A stretch of DNA of 64,000 bases from Eledone cirrhosa (taxonomy: Eukaryota). A program made the translations under genes and the position numbers. The stretch is from assembly GCA_964016885.1 (NCBI GenBank), contig OZ024743.1:147684001-147748000 (forward strand), in the 5' to 3' direction. The notes beneath the pieces are model-generated. The model ran no database searches. It was given only the letters and a program-made list of their open reading frames with translations, and was not told where the DNA came from. Positions 40,720 to 54,400 of this stretch are shown piece after piece (positions within the stretch are counted from its first letter, which is position 1; each line of letters opens with the position of its first letter).

Positions 40720-40915
40720 AAGGGCGGTGGATTAGCAGTATCGGTACAGGGTCGGACGCCATGCTTTCCAGCATAGTTACGTCCCTTTACGATCTGAGTT
40801 CAAATCCCGCCGAGGTTGACTTTGCCTTTCATCCTTACGGGATCGATAAAATAAAGTACCAGCAATGCACTGGGTAATTGCTGGCATTGTGCCTAAAGTA
40901 GAAACAATTATTATT
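40720..40915 (+). mobile_element. SINE family A (a 3' fragment precedes it at 40655-40705)
   Basis: Full copy ending gtagaaacaattattatt. Confidence 0.85.
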
Positions 40916-40919
40916 ATTA

Positions 40920-41220
40920 TTAGAGTTGCATTTATCTTGCTTTATGTTCATACGAGTTATAACCAAGTCACAACCAGTGACCTCAAGAGACAACAAGGTC
41001 CGCCATGTTCAAGAAAGAACATACATATTCACACATGCATCTTTAGTGTTTAGACTTGTGATGTACTTATATTGACAGAATCTTCCTTAGTATATGGGCA
41101 GCTCCCATTAGTACTATCTTTTGTATTTCTCCTATACGCGGGTTTCCTGGGATTTGCTATAAGTAATCATTAGCCCCCTTAGATATCATTCCTAGAGCGA
41201 CTACAACCACTGGTATTGTT
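40920..41220 (-). mobile_element. R4/Dong-type LINE 3' fragment
   Basis: Reverse strand reads TIPVVVVALGMISKG...IQKIVLMGAAHILRKILS. Confidence 0.7.
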
Positions 41221-44200
41221 TTATTATTATTGCTCTTTGAGTCTCAGTCATTGATGTTATTTAACTGGAAATTGTGTTGAAATGAATATCAAGCTGCTAC
41301 CTGCAGCCTCAGATATTCAGGACGTTACGGAGGGTTCTTGCTGTTCCCAGCAAGCATACCTTTTGAAGTGTTCCAAAAAGCGGGGCTGAACTAATCTTCT
41401 TTAACCATCCCTGGAAACACCTTGGGATAGTACCTAGTGCGCCTATGACAATCGGGACCGCTTTGACTTCATAGCAGTCCCAAATCCTTTTTACCTCCCA
41501 CTTTAAGTCCTAGCATCGGTTAATTTTCTCCCTCTCCTTCTCTTGCACTCTCGTGTCGAATGGGCAGGCCACATCCACAATCAGACACGATCTTTTTTCC
41601 TTGTCCAAAGTCACCAGGTCAGGCCTATTGTGTTCCAGTTTCTTGTCCGTCTGTATCCTAAAATCCCATAGCACCTTCACCTGATCGTTTTCTATCAACG
41701 ACTCTGGCTTATGCTCAACTACTTCTCAGAATGTGGTAAATTGTTTACTTTGCATAGATGCCAGTGGATCACCCTACCTATAACACCATGACTCAAGCCT
41801 TTATAGTGATTCTGGGCTAGGTGTTTACACTCGGATACAATGCGAGCCACAGTCTCCTCTCTCTCTCCACAGATCCTACACAGTGAGCTAGCCTCCTCCG
41901 TGTAAATATGGTGTTTCACCCACTTCGTTCTGAGGGTCTGCTCTTGCACAGCCATTAGCATTCCTTCTGTAACTTTTTTAAGGTCTCCTCTTTTCAACGA
42001 GTTCCATGTCTGTGGATATCTAACTTCAGTTTTCTTAAAGAAGGTACTATGAAGGGAATTTTCATGAAGGTTGCTCTTCCTCCTTGTTGTTAGTTCCTCC
42101 TTGGACATCCCCTGGTCTATTGTCTTCTCCTTCAGTACAATTTTGAGCATTGGCTCCCTACTGTCAGTAACGTATTTGTGCAGGTTGTTTTTCTCCATCT
42201 GAACACAGTCCCCTATGCTGATAAGACTCCTTCCACCTTCAGATGGAAGTAGAGTCTATCGACATCACTCCTCTTGTGGAACATGTTGTAGATAGTCAAT
42301 AGCTTCCTAGTCTTCCTATCCATTTCTTTTTGTTCAGCAACATTCCATTTCAGAATTCGCGCAATGTACCTAATAATAAACACAGCTCGGGAATTCACTG
42401 CACTTATGACATTCCTACTATTTAGATGTGATTTTAATACGCTCTTTACTCTCCTTATGTACTCAGATCTTATCAATCCCTTCAATATTTTTGTTCTTGA
42501 TGTCCTCTGCCTCCAGAACACCTAAATATTTGTATCCCTCTTCAGTGTCAATTTCTTTTATCATCTCACCTGTTGGTACCTGGATTCCGTTGCTTCTGCT
42601 CAATTTACCCCTCTTCATCACTAGGACTCCACACTTATTAATACCAAATTCCATACATATATCATTGCTGAAAATACAGACAGTGTCAACAAGTACATCC
42701 AACTCCTTTTCACTCTTCCCAAAGAGTTTAAGATCGTCCATGAAGAGGAGGTGGTTGATGGTAAGCTCTCCTTTTCCCAACTTGCATCCTGCTTTCACTT
42801 TTGGAAATATAAAGGTCAGGGGTATCAGGGCAAGGACAAACAGCAGAATGGACAAACTATCTCCCTGGAAAATACCCCTCTTCAACTTCAAACATCCCAA
42901 GGATTCTCCACACGATGTTAACACTGTTTGTCAGGACTTCATACTTTTGCTCAACAACTATCTGATGTTATCTGTCACCTTGAAGATCTCTAGGCGTTTG
43001 GTTATCCAAGAATGAGGTACCATGTCGAATGCCTTTTTGTAGTCTATCCATCCCATGGCAAGACCAGTGTGTCTCCTCTTACAATTCCTCATTACCATCT
43101 TATCAATAAGTAACTGGTCGTTTGTACCACGGGACTGCTTTCGGCATCCTTTATGTTCGTCCGGTAACAAGTTGTTGATGTGCAGGTGATGGTAGATTTC
43201 CTCAGGCACAAAGCTTGTTAACAGTTTCCACATTACGGACAGATATGTGATAGGCCTATAGTTGGTAACATGATTACCCTTGATTCGGTCTTTCATTACC
43301 AAAACTGTGGTACCTTTTGTCAGCCATTCTGGTTCCTCACCCGACATCAAGCAGTCATTGAACATGGTTGTCAGTTTCGGGTGGAGGGATGTTATATTTT
43401 TAATCCAATACCCTTGCACACATTCTGGGCCTGGTGATTTCCAGTTGGTTAGTTTTTTTGGCCTGTCCTTTAAGTGTTTCAACTGTGATACTCAAATCAG
43501 GTTGTTGGTGTGCTTGTTCACCAATCTCCTTTTCAACTGTCTCAATCCACACTGCCTGACTATTATTTTCAACATCCTGCTCCCATATTCCTCTCCAGAA
43601 TGTCTTAGTTTGTTCCGCCTCAGCGATCAAGTCGATTCCTCTTTCTTTCCCTTCAAGCTGTCCAAACAACATCTTCTGGTTATTGTCAAACATGCTGTTC
43701 TGTCTATACTGACTGACTCTGTTCACATACCGCCTAATATTTGCACGTTTTGCTACAATGCGTTGCTTCAATTCCTCTATTATAATATTTAGCTTCTTCC
43801 CTCTAGCTTTGTACTTTATTTTCAATCTATCTTTAGTGTCTATGTTTTGTAATGCCCCATTCAGTAAGGACTCAAACTTTCCCATGTCTTTTCTCATTTC
43901 CTTGATTTGACCATTCAGTCGTTTCTTCCACCAAGGTTCTGATCTTTCTTGTTTGTTGTTTCCTCTCGTGTTTATGCCAAGTAATTTCCTCACCGCATTT
44001 GCGGTTGCCTTGAGGATATTGTTGCATTGGTGAAGGCTCCTCGCCTCAAGATATGGGATGCCTTTGTTTACCTTAGCTGTTATTTCTTTTAACTTTTTCC
44101 TGTCTACAAATTTTAGGTTCATTGGTTTTCCACTATCATTGTTCATTTCATCTACCACTAAGTTCAGGATATCAACCAAATCTTGTCCTAACCCATCAGC

Positions 44201-44990
44201 ATTCATTACCTCAATGGCCGTATCTTTGTTCCAGGTATTATTTATTTCAGCATTCACAAGGGCAGTAGATTGGCAGTACCGGTAGAGGGTCTGACGCCAT
44301 GCTTTCCAGCATAGTTACGTCCCTTTGCGGTCTGAGTTCAAATCCCGCCGAGGTTAACTTTGCCTTTCATCCTTACGGGGTCGATAAAATAAAGTACCAG
44401 TAATGTACTGGGTAATTGATGGCCTTGTGCCAAAAGTAGAAACAATTATTTATTTCAGCATTCAGATCATCGTCTTCTTCCGATGCTTCCTCCGTTCTCT
44501 CAACGTCTTCACCTTCATTTCCCACTGGCTCGTTTGCCTGGCATACTCCACTCTCCATTTCTAACCTAATCTCTCTGCTCAGTTTCTCCAGTTCCAACTG
44601 GCTTATCCATTCATGAGTACTTATTATCCGAGCCTGCCGGCCAATTTTTGTTCATCTAATTTAAATAGACAAATCTCGTTATGCATCCGTTTCCTATAGC
44701 CTTTTTCCATGAGGTTACTCTTCAGGTAACATTTCATGACAGTTCTATTCAATTCTTTCGTCCAGTTGGTTCTTGTCCCTTTCCTTCTTCTTCCTCCAAC
44801 TCCAGCAGTATTTGGATGACAGCCAGGTCTCTGCTGCTGGGCCAGGGGGAACTTGCTGGGTGAGATTCTTTCACATGACGTTCCTGTCTCCTTTTCACCG
44901 TTATTCGAACTGTTTAGGTTCAACATATAAACACTCATATCGACGATTGGTGAATGTATGGTTACATAACCACCGATGATTTAAGCGAAG
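41221..44990 (-). mobile_element. Near full-length R4/Dong-clade RLE LINE, disrupted
   Basis: WKSPGP, NYRPIT, KGCRK.SRGT.DQLLID, WIDYKKAFD, GIFQGDSLS, LFMDDLKL, CRICG..ETV, RPDLV..IVDVACP; (TAA)n 3' junction. Confidence 0.92.
44257..44444 (+). mobile_element. SINE family A inserted in the Dong element
   Basis: 20-bp TSD attatttatttcagcattca at 44237-44256 and 44445-44464. Confidence 0.9.
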
Positions 44991-45299
44991 TCAATGCAGA
45001 AAGGCAGCCAGACAGACAGATATTATAAGCGTGCGACGTTATAGCCATGTATCTATCTAAAAAGACAGACTAAGAAAGAGAGAGGAATGTCGTATAACCG
45101 GAAGTGTTGATGTTTGAAAATGTTAAAGAAGTGAATATTTAATTAAACGATAACATATCTTTAATCTCTTAACGAAATTTAGAAGACAATAATACCTTCA
45201 CTTTCTTACTTGGAAAAAGGTACATCTATGGTGCAAATGTTGTGCTTTTTAGTCCAGACGTTTGGCGAAAAGTTTGTTACATACATACGGCCGTTAGAT

Positions 45300-45381
<82 letters not shown>

Positions 45382-45934
45382 ATATTATATATATGTATAT
45401 ATTTATATGGAGACAGGTAGGGTGAATACATGTATAAAACATACAGAAAATTATTACCATTACTATTCTTCTGTTATTTAAGGCAACGAATTGGTAAGAC
45501 TTATAAAATTACTTGCAGAATTTGTACAGCCCACTTTCTTCTGATTTCATATTGTACTGAGAGCGACTTTGCAATTAATTCTGCTATGGTACAAATATAA
45601 ATAGCATTGCAGGCTGGTGACCGTTTTGAAATGTTAAAAAATTTACTGACTGCCCTTTCTATAATCTCTTTACGTTGTAAGTTAAAATCCTGTAAATTTC
45701 CCGCGCTATCTTCTATTGTATTTGATTGATGATGTTGTTAGGTTACTAACTAAACGTTTTGCACTTTGATGAAGTTTAGATTATTGTATCTTGTTATTTT
45801 AAACACTAATGTTTGTTTCTCTTGTGAGAGCATTATTGCCATTACGGATGAAAATTTGCTTTGTTGAAATTTTAAGGTCTAAATGCAGGAATACAAACAA
45901 ATGTTCTCGTTATTCTATCATATATATTGGTTGC

Positions 45935-46220
45935 TGATTTAGACACAAGCCAACAATTTGTGGGGAGAGGAAGTCGATTAAATCGGCCCAAGCGCATTAC
46001 TGGTATTTTATTTTATCGAACCCATTTGAATGAAATGCAAAGCTAACCGCGGTAGTATTTGAACTCTGATCGTAAGGGGGCATGATAGGACGCCGAAGTT
46101 AGCGTTACCTTTCATCCTTACGGGGTTGGTAAAATAAAGTACCAGTCACGCACTGCGATCTATCTAATCGACTTTCCCTCCGCGAGTTAGTGGACTTCTG
46201 CCTATATCAGAAACAATTAT
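45935..46220. mobile_element. Two partial SINE family A copies in divergent orientation
   Basis: Reverse copy 45935-46080 and forward copy 46090-46220. Confidence 0.65.
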
Positions 46221-46637
46221 CATTATTATTATTAGCTATCAGAAAAACCACTTTTTCTGCTATCATGTGTAGTGTGTATATTGATAATATACGCAAGTAT
46301 ATATTCATGTAGATATGATACATCAAATAAAATTATAATTGACAATATATAATACATAGGAATTGAACGAAGACTGCGTTACAATGTCTTAAGTAATCAA
46401 TAACGTAATCCATGATACATTAAAAAAATACGATATTATATATAAACTGCATTAGGAGAAAATTAGTGACAGAAAATTAGTATGTTTATTTAAGCGATCG
46501 CCAACCGGAAGTGTTGACATTTCAGAAATTTTAAAGAAGTGAATCTTTAAATAAACAAAATATATTTAATCAACAGCCACGAAATTTAGTAGATAAATTA
46601 TGTAATATTCATTCATTATTTATTCAAAGTAATAAAT

Positions 46638-46825
46638 AGGGCGGTGAATTGGCAGTACCGGTAGAGGGTTGGACGCCATGCTTTCTAGCATAGTTACGTC
46701 CCTTTACAGTCTGAGTTCAAATCCCGCCGAGGTTAACTTTGCCTTTCATCCTTACGGGGTCGATAAAATAAAGTACCAGTAATGTACTGGGTAGTTGCTG
46801 GCCTTGTGCCTAAAGTAGAAACAAT
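46638..46825 (+). mobile_element. SINE family A
   Basis: Full copy; TSD-like ttattcaaagtaat. Confidence 0.85.
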
Positions 46826-46849
46826 TATTTATTCAAAGTAATCCAACTT

Positions 46850-48775
46850 ATTTTACAAACGGGATAACAAAAATAAACCGTACGCAGTCCCGCAGACCTT
46901 TCTTTATCATAATTTAGATAATACCATGAGTAAGTTGCAAACAATTCTACAAATAAAAACAAAAGGTATAACTATATAAACTGAACACATCCCAATCAGC
47001 AGCGGGATATTTCAAGGGGACTCCCTATCACCAGTGTTCTTCTGCTTAGCATTAACCCCATTATCTGAGAAACTAAACCAAACTAGACTAGGTTGAAAAT
47101 GTTACAATAGGAAAATTAATCATCTCCTATATATGGATGACATAGAACTGTAAACCGCAAATGAACACAACTGTATACACTACTACATACATTACATGAA
47201 TTTACAAAAGAAATATGCATGAAATTTGGACTAGAAAATGCGAAGAGGGGAAAACTAATTAAAAACAGCAATATCATACTAGATAAAGAAACTGAGTTAA
47301 GAGAATTAGATTAAATACAGACATACAAATACTTCGGAAACAACAAATTAGATAGAGTTCGACATACACAGAAGAAAGAGAACATTAGAAAGGAATACTA
47401 CAGACGAATTAGACTACTACTTAAAACTGAACTAAATGCAAGAATAAAGTAATTAGCATCAATACCCTGGCAATCCAAGTAGTAAGCTACAGCATTAATA
47501 TTCTGAACTGGACACTAAAAGAACTAGCTGGAAAAGATAGAAGAAAAAAACAAGAAAAATAATGACAACATTCAGACATCAGATGTAGAAAGAGTATCCC
47601 TGCCACGAAAATAGATGTGCACCCGAAATCAGGTGTGGAAAGAATATACTTGCCACGAACACACGGGGAAAGTGGCCTTATGCAACTAGAAAACTATTAT
47701 AAAATAATTGCTGTAGAACTACAAAAATATATAATGAAGAACTTAGGAAAGTTAATAGAAATAGCTACAAAACAGGAACCAAACAAATAGTTGCACTCAG
47801 TCTTCAACGAAGCCAATAAATACAAAACAGAAACGAAACTAACAGATAGTTATGAGGAAGATGAAAACAAACAAGAAACAACAGTAGAAATTGTAAAAAA
47901 CTTAAAATCCCAAATGAAAACAAACCTGAATGCCAAAAAGATGGCAAGAAAAACCCTTACATTGCCAATACGTGAAAAAGTTGAATAGAGAGGAAGTAGA
48001 CAAACAAAACACACACCACTGGCTATGAAGCACTGGACTGAAAGCTGAGACAGAGGAATTTTTAGATGCAGTACAAGACCAAAGCCTTACAATCAGAAAT
48101 CACCTGAAATGCATAATGAAAAAGAACATAGTGAGTAAATGCAGAATATGTGGAAGTGGGGAAGAAACCATTAACCACATTATCTCAGGCTGCCCTGTCT
48201 TATCGAAAAAGGAATAAATCCTACATGCATTGGAAATTATGTCAACATTATGACCTACCCACAGACAAAAGATGGTACAAACACACACCCAAAAAGGTAT
48301 CAGAGAATGACAAAGCAAGCATTCTCTGTGATAAACCAAGGCATACAGGGAGGGAGATCAAAGTCACCAGACCAGACATTACAGTCAAAGACTACAGAGA
48401 AAAATGTATTCTGATTGATGTATCTATCTCCACAGACAATAATATATCTTCCAAGGAAATGGAGACGTATCCAAATATAAAGATCTAAAGATAGAAATAA
48501 ACCGAATGTGGGTGTTGAAGACAGAAACAATACCTATTATGGGTGCTCTGGGAATGATAAAAAAGCACGCAGACACATACATAACCAAAACTCCAGGAGT
48601 CACACATTTATACAACATACAAACAATAGCACTACTAGGCATCAAACACATATTACGAAGAGTACTCTCTAGACAATAGAACAAACACCACCAAAAACCA
48701 GACTCCACATACCCAAGGCGCACAAAGCTGGGCTCGGTAATGCAGTGATAACGCGCAAAATAATAGTAATAATTA
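46850..48775 (+). mobile_element. Degenerate 5'-truncated R4/Dong-clade LINE
   Basis: GIFQGDSLSP, NHLLYMDD, CRICGSGEETINHIISGCP, RPDITVKD..CILIDVS; ends in TAA/TAG repeats. Confidence 0.85.
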
Positions 48776-48821
48776 AAATTATAATAGTAGCAGTTATAGC
48801 AGCAGCAGCAGCAGAGCAGCA

Positions 48822-48822
48822 A

Positions 48823-48885
<63 letters not shown>

Positions 48886-48962
48886 CGGTAGTGGTAGTAG
48901 TAGTGGTAGCGGTAGTAGTAGTGGTAGTGGTAGTGGTAGTGGTAGTAGTGGTAGTAGTAGTG

Positions 48963-48997
<35 letters not shown>

Positions 48998-49018
48998 GGT
49001 AGTAGTAGAAGAAGAAGA
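48822..49018 (+). repeat. (TAG/TGG)n microsatellite
   Basis: Read directly from the sequence. Confidence 0.95.
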
Positions 49019-51567
49019 ATTCTATTGCCGTTGTCTGTTGCTGTAACTCTGTTCTGTTTCTTGTTGTGAACATGGAGGTACAAGTAACACCACATTACAG
49101 ATGTGCTGTAATTAATCTAATTCGCTGCCTTGTGAAATTAATGGCATTCCCTATAAAATATGCACATAAACCAAGAAATGGGAAGTGGGATGTTATAAAA
49201 AATAAACATGATGTCTTTGCTAAATTGAAAAAGTATTTTTTCACCAATCATATTTTTGTTTTTCATTATTGTATTTTAGATTTTGTAATTTGTTGATGAT
49301 GCAGTTCATGAAACGTAAAGTGTTGATCAATTTGTGTGAACAGAAATAATCTTTTTTTATATGAGAAATGAATTTCATCTTAATGATGGTGATTAAGATT
49401 GTTATGATACACACACCCAGACACATACACATACACACACACACTAATACACATACATACACATATATATAAAAGTGATGATACAAGCGAAATATAAGAG
49501 CAATCAACACATAATGTGGCAATTTAGAATATTTATAGTAACAGTCTGATTTGTTTTTGCATTACCAAATGGTTTCGTAGCCGCAAATAAGTCAACTAGT
49601 TTCACACACAATTTAAAATAACTGAAATTTGAAAAGAAGACTGATGAATTGGCTTTTGAAGAGCCCGTGGTGATATATCTGCTGTGGTGAAACAGCATGA
49701 CGTTGCGCCCGCTTTTTGAGCTGCATCGTCTGCTCCAACAGAGTTAATAGTTGTCCATTAACAGCGTTCTTAATATATTACACAACTAGAGGGTTACTGT
49801 ATATATGACTCTTGTATCTCCGCTGCTAAGGTGAGAGTAACATGAGTTTAGGCAGAGCTGTTCACCTGGTGTATATGCTGGAATAAACACAAAAGTTATT
49901 TTGTTATGTCATGTCGAGGGTCCACCATCCATGTGAACAAGACTAGATATAGCTAACTCGTTTCTTGCGGGATATCTGCAGCCATTGATTTGAAGTTGGC
50001 TAGAAAGAAATTTCACAGTTGTCAGCCCAAAACGTTATGTCGGTTTTCCGGTTTATGGATATCGCAAGTTGCTGCAATATGAGTAACCTCTTGTGGCGGA
50101 AAAACTGGCAGTATCAGCCCACGACGTAGAAATGCGGTGGCTTATCAAGATGGCTCCAGAAACTACGAGACACGTTTGTGAACTATCTCTGCCCCTACAT
50201 CCCAAGTGTAGCACAAACTGGGTAAATTTATCCTGGAACTCATTAGCTGTTACGCCCGTATGATTCCTCTGGTAGCAATCAATAATTGTACATTTGGCTC
50301 AGTCGTTCACACCATTCGTTAAGCAAGACAGAGGAGAGGACAACTGGCAACATTTCGGAGGTTCAGATAGTTTGCTGTGGTAGTTTATTTTGAGTGCGTG
50401 TTTTTCGGTTGTATCGTGCGATGATATCTTCATAGGAATAGCTATGAAAGCTTTTTGTGTTTGTAATGGAAGTGTCAAATACGAATTCTTAGCTATGTAT
50501 GTTGGCACATCTAGTTTGATTGGAGGATTGACCAAATTATCTTTCACTTTTAACTCTCTTTTAGGGGAGGGAGATTCCTCCGTGTATGCTGACCTTTCCT
50601 TGAAATCACTTCTTATTGGTTTATGGTAATAGGATGCAGCATTCTCGAAGATATATCTGTTTTATGATGAGCTAGATATTATGTTTACTGATACCGTTGA
50701 CTAGGGTTAAAACTAAAGCTAGGATAGTGGGGTTGAGTTCCTGTGATTTCATCTATCTAAGCTACAAAAACGACCATGATGTATTGGAATGCCTTGTATT
50801 ACGTTCAGTGATTGGTGGTATCTTTTCTACTCTTTTACTCTTTAACCCACCTCTGTCTGTTATATTAGGCATGCAATTCACGTATATTTGGAAGGTGACT
50901 GGAATACTGTTTAGCACAGAACATTTTACCTCCTCACTTGCGATATGAGCTACACGAGGGTATGTACCTCTTGTAGTAAATAACTATATTAAAGCAATCT
51001 TGTTAAATCACTTTGAAGACAACTATGCCGGTTGTAATGTGCAGTAGAGTTGAATATACTTCATTTAACTTATAATAATAGAACGCGGGCTAGACATGAA
51101 TACTCTAATGTGAGGTGAATATGGTTGGTTGAAGTAATTAAACCGTGGCGCCAAGGCATAAAAGACACAATACTATTTGCTATTAAATATTTTTTTTATT
51201 TTTTACAATTAATATAGCAATTGAACAGTCAATTAATTACGTTAAACAGTTCAATAACCTCCAAGCTAAATAATTCTGCAAACATAATAAAATCTTCCAC
51301 TTGATCTGCCACTGATCAATATATATTTATTAATCTCGTAGTAACTTTGTAAAACAAAATATAAGCTCCTGACAAACGATATCTACTACACTATTTTGAA
51401 TTCATGTTTTTAGTTTCAATTCTATACATTTAGATTATAAAATGTTACAAACCGTCTTTTCCCATTCTCTCTATATTTGCAAATGCCGATATAGTTGTGT
51501 ATCGTTTGTTAGTTTTATTAACTGTTCAATGGTTAATTAGTTTAGACTCAGATTAGAAAGCCTAGAG

Positions 51568-51852
51568 CAGTCATCGTCAACCTGCGGCTCACGAACTTTT
51601 CTGAATGGCTCGCTAAGTCACCTAAGTGAACACCTTATTTTTTCACCCCAGATTTTCAGTCGTAATTTATCTTTCTATCATTTTTACGATCGAGGAAAAC
51701 AACGTGTACCAATTCTGAAGAAATAAATCAAAACAACCTGAGTTACCGCCCTTTTATAATGTGGGCACGAATGTGAATTAGCGCTTGTGGTCCGCCAGAT
51801 GATGAGCCGTATCTCAGGAAGCCCACTTCTCGAAAAAGTTTGCCCATGCCTG
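51568..51852. mobile_element. hAT (Charlie-like) MITE
   Basis: Ends cagtcatcgtcaacct / aagtttgcccatgcctg; flanking 8-mers gcctagag / gccaagac (6/8). Confidence 0.6.
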
Positions 51853-52249
51853 GCCAAGACATTTGGATTCAGTCATGGCCATTTTATAAATTTGCAATTA
51901 TTAATCGTTCAGAGAATTGAAGAATGCATAAAGGTTTCGAGGTTTCTAGTTATGAGTTGCCCATTAATATAGAATGTTGAGAGTATTAGATATGTTTCCT
52001 GGCACACGTAGTAGATGAGTTTGGGGGGTTTTAAAGTACTCTACCATTGTAATATGACTGGACAATATTTTCGGCGTTTGTGTCTAAAAGTTGTGGTCAA
52101 GCTTGCATTGAGGTCTATGTCAGGTAACACTTTTCATGTCTGTCACTCAATGCTGATGCATTGAAAGGTAGCTCCAGGGATATTGCTTAATTGGTTGAGT
52201 GGAGACCAGTAGATAAAGTAATTGAAGCGAGCAGATGATAGAATTATCT

Positions 52250-54130
52250 AATTGAAAATAATCCTATGCAATGGCATGACAATGGTTATATTTATTTTTG
52301 CCACACAATCAGGACTAGGAGGATCTCATACAAACTACTTTACTAACAGATGATAACGAATTCATCATCTTGACTGGTGACTTCAATGGATGTGATTAGA
52401 AACACCTGGATAGCTACGCTGGGGTGCATGGTGGTTATGTATATGGCTTGTGAAATGTAGAAGGATCAAGAGTCTAAGATTTATGTGATGCAAATGACCA
52501 AACTATCTGTAACATTAACTTCAGAAAACCATTCAGTCAATTTATCAACAACCAATCAAGAGAACCCACTAGCCAAATTGACTTCTTGCTCGTTAGAAAA
52601 CATTCTACCTGGAGAAGAATACATCCCCCAATGTACGTGTGTTATTAGTGACGTCGGAATGGGAAGAGAAAAAATCAAACAGGCAGGAAAATCTGAAATA
52701 GGAGGGTGTGGAAGCTGAAAAATCTCTTTTAAATGTAGGTTCAGAAAAGCTTAGCTTTAAGTGACGTGTACGATGGGAGAGGAGAGGAGATTGACGTAGA
52801 TGACATAAGGGATAATTGGATGGTTTCATAGGACAGTCTACTGCAGCTTCTAAGGAGATATATTGCTTAATGTTGGTACTAACTAGACGAAGGGTGATCT
52901 GGTAGAGGGACATCATTGTAGTTAGAGATACTAATGCTAAGAGATAAACATGGAATGACAGGAGCGTAGTGGGAGCAGAAAAGAAAAATATCAAATAACT
53001 AAAGGAGAGGCTATATGACAAGTTTATTTAGCCTGTAGTAAAGCTGAATGCAGGGGGGTTGTCAACGTTCTACGACATGAGAATCACACGTATTCCGAAA
53101 GCAGCGTGTCAGTGTGAATCACGTCGTGGAAATGTGAGTTCCTTATTACAATGATGCACTTATTATCACTTGTCGTCAGGTGAAAGAGGTTTGGATACGG
53201 TATTTGGAGAGGGTGATGAATGTGGAAATTAATGGAAGCAAAGGGAATAAAACCAACAGACCCAATAGTGGGAGCAGTGATCTAAATTAACAGTTGAAGA
53301 ATCAAAGAAGCAACCAGGAAAATAGAAAAAAGGGGAAACGAGTTAGTTGCTGAGTTGCTGAAATCATCTATTGAAGTAGGATTTAGGCTAGTCACTTGTA
53401 TAGTCAATCATGGCATGATATATTCATACCAAAAACTGGTGGAGCAGCAAAATAATTAATTGTTAAAAAGGAAAAGGAAATGTTCTAGAAAGGACCAAAT
53501 GCAAAGCCATAAAACTGATTGATCAAATTAAAAATATGACAGTGTTATAGCACAACTAACTAGGGAACGTTTCAAATTTGTCAGGACAGAACACAACAAA
53601 TGTTCTCTTAGTTAAACAACTATAACAGTTCCTAACCGCTATACCTAACCTTTGTTTATCTAGCTTTGGCTTTTGACAAAGAATGACAATTTGCCATCTG
53701 GTGGATCTTAAGGAAACTAAGTATAGAAGAATGGGCTGTAAGAGCAGTGAGAGCTATGTAGAGGCGAGATAGCAGTAAAAAGATAGTAGGTAATGATTTT
53801 CGCGAATAATTCATGGTGCCTTAAGCTGGTCATAGGGGGTCAGTCCTCAGCCTATCTCTGTTTATATAGTCCTTTGGGTCATAATCGACTCTCCATTAGA
53901 ACTGTTGCATGATGTCTGCGCTGGTATGAATATGTGACGTGTATGGATGATGATCCTTGGATGATGATGTTCCAGGTCTCTCAATGGAAAGAGGCTGCAA
54001 TAGAGAAAGACGAAGGGAGACTTTGCGGAAATATAGAAAGTGAATTGCAAAACACTGAGACTCACAGAGGCAAGGAGGAAGAAACACGACAGGTGGGGTG
54101 AGGTCGTATTGGGAATATCATCCAACCCAA
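52250..54130 (+). mobile_element. Highly decayed LINE (RTE-like, APE plus RT remnants)
   Basis: GDFNG-like ggtgacttcaatgga, AFD-like gcttttgac, G..LSL.LF remnants; many stops. Confidence 0.45.
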
Positions 54131-54149
54131 AGCATAGAACAAGACATAA

Positions 54150-54164
54150 CATGATGATGATGAC

Positions 54165-54198
<34 letters not shown>

Positions 54199-54256
54199 GT
54201 GATGACGATGATGGTGGTGGTGGTGGTGGTGGTGGTGGTGGTGGTGGTGGTGGTGG

Positions 54257-54304
<48 letters not shown>

Positions 54305-54308
54305 CGAC

Positions 54309-54339
<31 letters not shown>

Positions 54340-54400
54340 GTAATGATGATGATGGTGGCGGCGGTGGTGATGATGATGATGATGATGATGAGGATGATGC
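54150..54400 (+). repeat. (ATG)n/(GTG)n microsatellite
   Basis: Read directly from the sequence. Confidence 0.95.

Noticed and set aside
45200-45305. Possible Helitron-like 5' end on the minus strand
   Set aside because: No matching 3' hairpin-CTAG end identified.
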